This document shows, in pieces, positions 61,152 to 64,000 of a stretch of DNA of 64,000 nt (the first letter of the stretch is position 1; each line of letters begins with the position of its first letter). The DNA lies in contig JASGJH010000001.1 of assembly GCA_047601445.1 (NCBI GenBank), positions 6,144,001 through 6,208,000 of the forward strand. The letters run 5' to 3'. Below the pieces are notes generated by a model that was given only the letters and a program-made list of their open reading frames with translations, was not told the DNA's origin and made no database searches. Both the position numbers and the translations under genes were made by a program. This stretch comes from Myxococcales bacterium. Its GTDB lineage: Bacteria; Myxococcota_A; Polyangia; Polyangiales; DASUME01.

Positions 61152-61490
61152 ATGGGGCTTGTCTATGTCTATCTGGCGGCTTGGATCGCCGGCGGCGTGT
61201 TGTTGGGCAGCATGATGCTGCTCGAGCATCCGCACGACCAACCCGACGCCGAAGAGCTGGCGCAGCCGGTTCAGCGCTCCGCGGGTTTGCACGCGCTAGC
61301 GTTGGCGTTGACTGGCTTCGGCTTGGGCGGGCTCTTGGCCGAGGGCTTGGGCCTGGTGCCGTCGCCGTGGACGGCGGGCTGCGCCTTGGCCGGTGCGATG
61401 CTGCTCGGAGCGGGCGGCTACCTGAGCGGACAGTTCAAGCGCGCGCGCGACGACAAGGGCTCGAACGAGCCGCTCACGCGTAGTCCTTGA
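61152..61490 (+). CDS. Small three-TM membrane protein
   Basis: Three hydrophobic Gly/Leu/Ala segments. Confidence 0.55.
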   Translation: MGLVYVYLAAWIAGGVLLGSMMLLEHPHDQPDAEELAQPVQRSAGLHALALALTGFGLGGLLAEGLGLVPSPWTAGCALAGAMLLGAGGYLSGQFKRARDDKGSNEPLTRSP

Positions 61491-61866
61491 TCTGCGTTTC
61501 CCAGTTCTTGCCGTCGAAGTTCACGCGCTCGAACCAGCTCGCCTCCACGCCGCTTAGACAGCGTGCGTTGACGCTGAAGCCATCCGGGTGGGAGCGCGGG
61601 ACGTAGTAGGAGTGGACACCGCAGGTGCTGCAGAAGAGGTGACGCGCGGTGCCGGTGTTGAAGGTGTAGTTGGTCAGCGCGTTCGGATCGCCCAGGAGCT
61701 CGAAGTCTTCCTTGGCCGTGATCAGGTGCAGAAAGCCCTTCTTCGTGCAGATGGAGCAGTTGCACTCGCTCATGCGCCAGCTGCGCAAGGTAACTCGGAA
61801 GCGAACGTTGCCGCAGTGACAGCCGCCTTCGAAGGTGGCCGGGAGCTCGGGGCGCGCGGTGGACAT
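61474..61866 (-). CDS. GFA / CENP-V family protein
   Basis: GGCHCG, CNCSIC, FCSTCG, PRSHP. Confidence 0.9.
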   Translation of the reverse strand: MSTARPELPATFEGGCHCGNVRFRVTLRSWRMSECNCSICTKKGFLHLITAKEDFELLGDPNALTNYTFNTGTARHLFCSTCGVHSYYVPRSHPDGFSVNARCLSGVEASWFERVNFDGKNWETQIKDYA

Positions 61867-61888
61867 TGCGGCAGTGTGCGTCACGCGC

Positions 61889-62890
61889 TCAGGCGCGCAA
61901 GGCTCGCGCCGGCTCGTCACCCTGGAAATAGCGGGCGGGGTTCTCCACGAGCATGGTGCGCACGTCGCGGTCGCTTAGCCCGAGCTCCTTCATGCGCGGC
62001 AAGATGCGCTTGAACAGGTGCGTGCTCTCCCAGTTGGGCAAGGCGCGCGCGATGCGCTCCGCGCTGAGCACCGTCTTTCCGTCGAAGCTAGGACGTCCGA
62101 GCCAGGCCGCGCAGGTGGCGTCGTGCGAGAGACACAGCGAGCGTGTGTAGCCGGCCTGCACCATCTGCAACACGCTCTCGATGCGCGCCTGGTCGCTGAG
62201 CAGCGTCTCGATACCGAAGCGATCGAAGCCCACGTACGCGCCCGCGTCCGCCAGGGCGCGATGGTAGTCGTGATCAGCGCGACCATCGCTGTGCCCCACC
62301 AGGATGCGATGGGCGGGTACAGCCACCGAGGTCAACAGCTCGATTTGCTCCAGGCCGCAGCTGGCTTCGTCCGTGTGGGTCAGCACCGGACAGCCCGTCT
62401 GAGCGGCGGCTCGGCCTCCGGCCAGGATCAGCTTGCGCTCGTAGTCGCTCACACGGTGCGCGCCGCTGGCCACCTTGACCAGGCCTGCGCGAATGCCGGT
62501 GTCGCCGATGCCCTCGGTGAGCTCACGCAGATAGGTGTGCTCGATGTCCTCGGGTCGCAACGCGGAGAACGTATAGGTGAGGCCCTGATTCTCTTTGTAG
62601 GCGCCGGTGGCGCAGATGATCTGCATGCCCGAGCGCTGGGCCACCTCGGCCATGAACTCGACGTCGCGCCCGAGGTCCATCGGACACGGATCGACGAAGG
62701 TCTCGACGCCGAAGTCTCGCAGCTCCTGCAGCCGATCGACCCCGCGGGCCAGGGCCTCGGCACGGCGGAACGGGGGAGCCTTGCCATCCATGAACCAGCC
62801 CGGGTAGCCGAGCAGCAGGTGTTCGTGCACGAGCGTGAGCCCGAGCTCTTCCACACGCACGGGCCCGGTGACGGTCTGAACCCACTCCAT
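61889..62890 (-). CDS. Phosphotriesterase-family (PHP-like) amidohydrolase
   Basis: HEHL, LGRDV, VK, THT, GHSD, SHD, ENPAR. Confidence 0.88.
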   Translation of the reverse strand: MEWVQTVTGPVRVEELGLTLVHEHLLLGYPGWFMDGKAPPFRRAEALARGVDRLQELRDFGVETFVDPCPMDLGRDVEFMAEVAQRSGMQIICATGAYKENQGLTYTFSALRPEDIEHTYLRELTEGIGDTGIRAGLVKVASGAHRVSDYERKLILAGGRAAAQTGCPVLTHTDEASCGLEQIELLTSVAVPAHRILVGHSDGRADHDYHRALADAGAYVGFDRFGIETLLSDQARIESVLQMVQAGYTRSLCLSHDATCAAWLGRPSFDGKTVLSAERIARALPNWESTHLFKRILPRMKELGLSDRDVRTMLVENPARYFQGDEPARALRA

Positions 62891-62939
62891 GAAAGGCGAG
62901 GCTCCTTCTGTGGCGAGCCTACTTCTCTTTCGATCGTTT

Positions 62940-62988
62940 CGGGGAGGTCACGCGACCTCCCCGCCCGTCGCGAGGTTCGCTTCGCTCA
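62940..62988. repeat. REP-like palindromic intergenic repeat, copy 2 (internally shorter)
   Basis: 33 bp identical to 52346-52378, then AGGTTCGCTTCGCTCA matching 52407-52422 with one mismatch. Confidence 0.8.
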
Positions 62989-62997
62989 GTGAAGTGC

Positions 62998-63276
62998 CTA
63001 CTTCTCTTCCGAGGGGGGTACGTAGCCTTCCGGCTTGGCGGAGCCTTCGCCGAAGAAGAACTTCTCGCACTCGGTGAGCCAGATTTTCTGGGCCTTGGGG
63101 TCGTTGAAATCGAGTCGCAGCTCGTTGATCAGCATGGTCGAGTGGGAAATCCACTGCTTCCACGCTTCCTTGGAGACGTTCTCGAAGAGTTTCTGGCCGA
63201 ACTCACCCTTGATGGGCGGGCGTTCCAGGCCTTCGGCCTCGTGGCCGAGTTTGATGCAATTCACCGTACGAGCCAT
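62998..63276 (-). CDS. yggX: Fe(II)-trafficking / oxidative damage protection protein
   Basis: MARTVNCIKLG.EAEGL, VSKEAWKQW, TMLINE, PEGYVPP. Confidence 0.9.
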   Translation of the reverse strand: MARTVNCIKLGHEAEGLERPPIKGEFGQKLFENVSKEAWKQWISHSTMLINELRLDFNDPKAQKIWLTECEKFFFGEGSAKPEGYVPPSEEK

Positions 63277-63363
63277 GGCCGGGAACATGGGGAGGGAAAG
63301 CGGTCTGGTCAAGCTCCTACAGCTGAACACCCTTTCCGTTCGTGGTAGGGTGCTCGTTCGCCT

Positions 63364-64000
63364 ATGCCTCTCTCTACGTTTCACCCAGCCGTGCAGCGTT
63401 GGTTCGAGGACACGCTCGGTGCACCCACGCATGCCCAACGCCAAGCCTGGCCCCTGATCCAGCGCGGTGAGCACACGCTCGTCGCCGCTCCCACGGGTTC
63501 TGGTAAGACCCTGGCCGCCTTCCTGGTGGCCCTCGACGGCTTGGTGCGCGAGGGCGCCGAGCACGGCACCCTGCCGGACGAGACGCGCGTGCTCTACGTG
63601 TCCCCGCTCAAGGCGCTCAGCCACGACGTCGAGAAGAACCTCAATGGCCCCCTGGCGGGCATCGCCGAGGAGTTTCGGCGCACGGGGGGCGCGCCATTTC
63701 ACATTCGCACCTGGGTCCGCACCGGGGACACCAGCGCGCGTTCACGGCTCGAGGCCACCAAGCGCCCGCCACACATCGCGGTCACCACGCCCGAGTCCCT
63801 GTACATCCTGCTCACGAGCGAAGGCGGGCGGCGCATGCTGTCCACGGTTCGTACCGTCATCGTCGACGAGATCCACGCCCTCGTGCGCGACAAGCGCGGC
63901 TCACACCTGGCCCTCAGCATCGCGCGGCTCGAAGCCCTGGTGCGCAGCCAGAACCCCGCAGCGCGCCTCACGCGCGTGGGCCTCTCCGCCACCCAGAAGC
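63364..64000 (+). CDS. lhr: Lhr-family DEAD/DEAH helicase, 3'-truncated by the window edge
   Basis: Hand translation (not in the track): [52 protein letters not shown]. Confidence 0.9.
   Translation, partial: MPLSTFHPAVQRWFEDTLGAPTHAQRQAWPLIQRGEHTLVAAPTGSGKTLAAFLVALDGLVREGAEHGTLPDETRVLYVSPLKALSHDVEKNLNGPLAGIAEEFRRTGGAPFHIRTWVRTGDTSARSRLEATKRPPHIAVTTPESLYILLTSEGGRRMLSTVRTVIVDEIHALVRDKRGSHLALSIARLEALVRSQNPAARLTRVGLSATQK

Overview
High-GC, gene-dense bacterial chromosome segment. MYXO-CTERM-type tails, Hanks kinases, Cys-rich lipoproteins and a mevalonate pathway point to Myxococcota (inference). I saw no rRNA, tRNA, CRISPR array or transposase. The strongest candidate for a new system is a compact lasso-type RiPP operon at 19790-26137. 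It encodes a PqqD/RRE, an Asn-synthetase-like cyclase, a 59-aa precursor absent from the ORF track (22138-22317), a PRMT-like methyltransferase, an HprK-like kinase and an ABC exporter. The precursor leader carries YSEPRLEEYGALTDLTR and the predicted core is SSLLSMNNQENLKTPTQCQMPNGDRTGPKPC. The operon departs from the canonical pattern in four ways: no B2 leader peptidase, the only candidate ring acceptor is Glu10, a two-Cys tail, and no C-terminal Ser for the kinase. Other notable modules are a TraA/TraB-like surface pair, a pentaheme cytochrome/FixH-YtkA lipoprotein operon, head-to-head paralogous kinases, a bactofilin/YcbK locus, an exported caspase-ECF-anti-sigma operon and a mevalonate cluster. 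Six one-base insertions in five genes all lie in or next to AGATC, which suggests a systematic, possibly methylation-linked, sequencing error rather than true pseudogenes. All family calls come from motif recognition by eye; no database searches were run.
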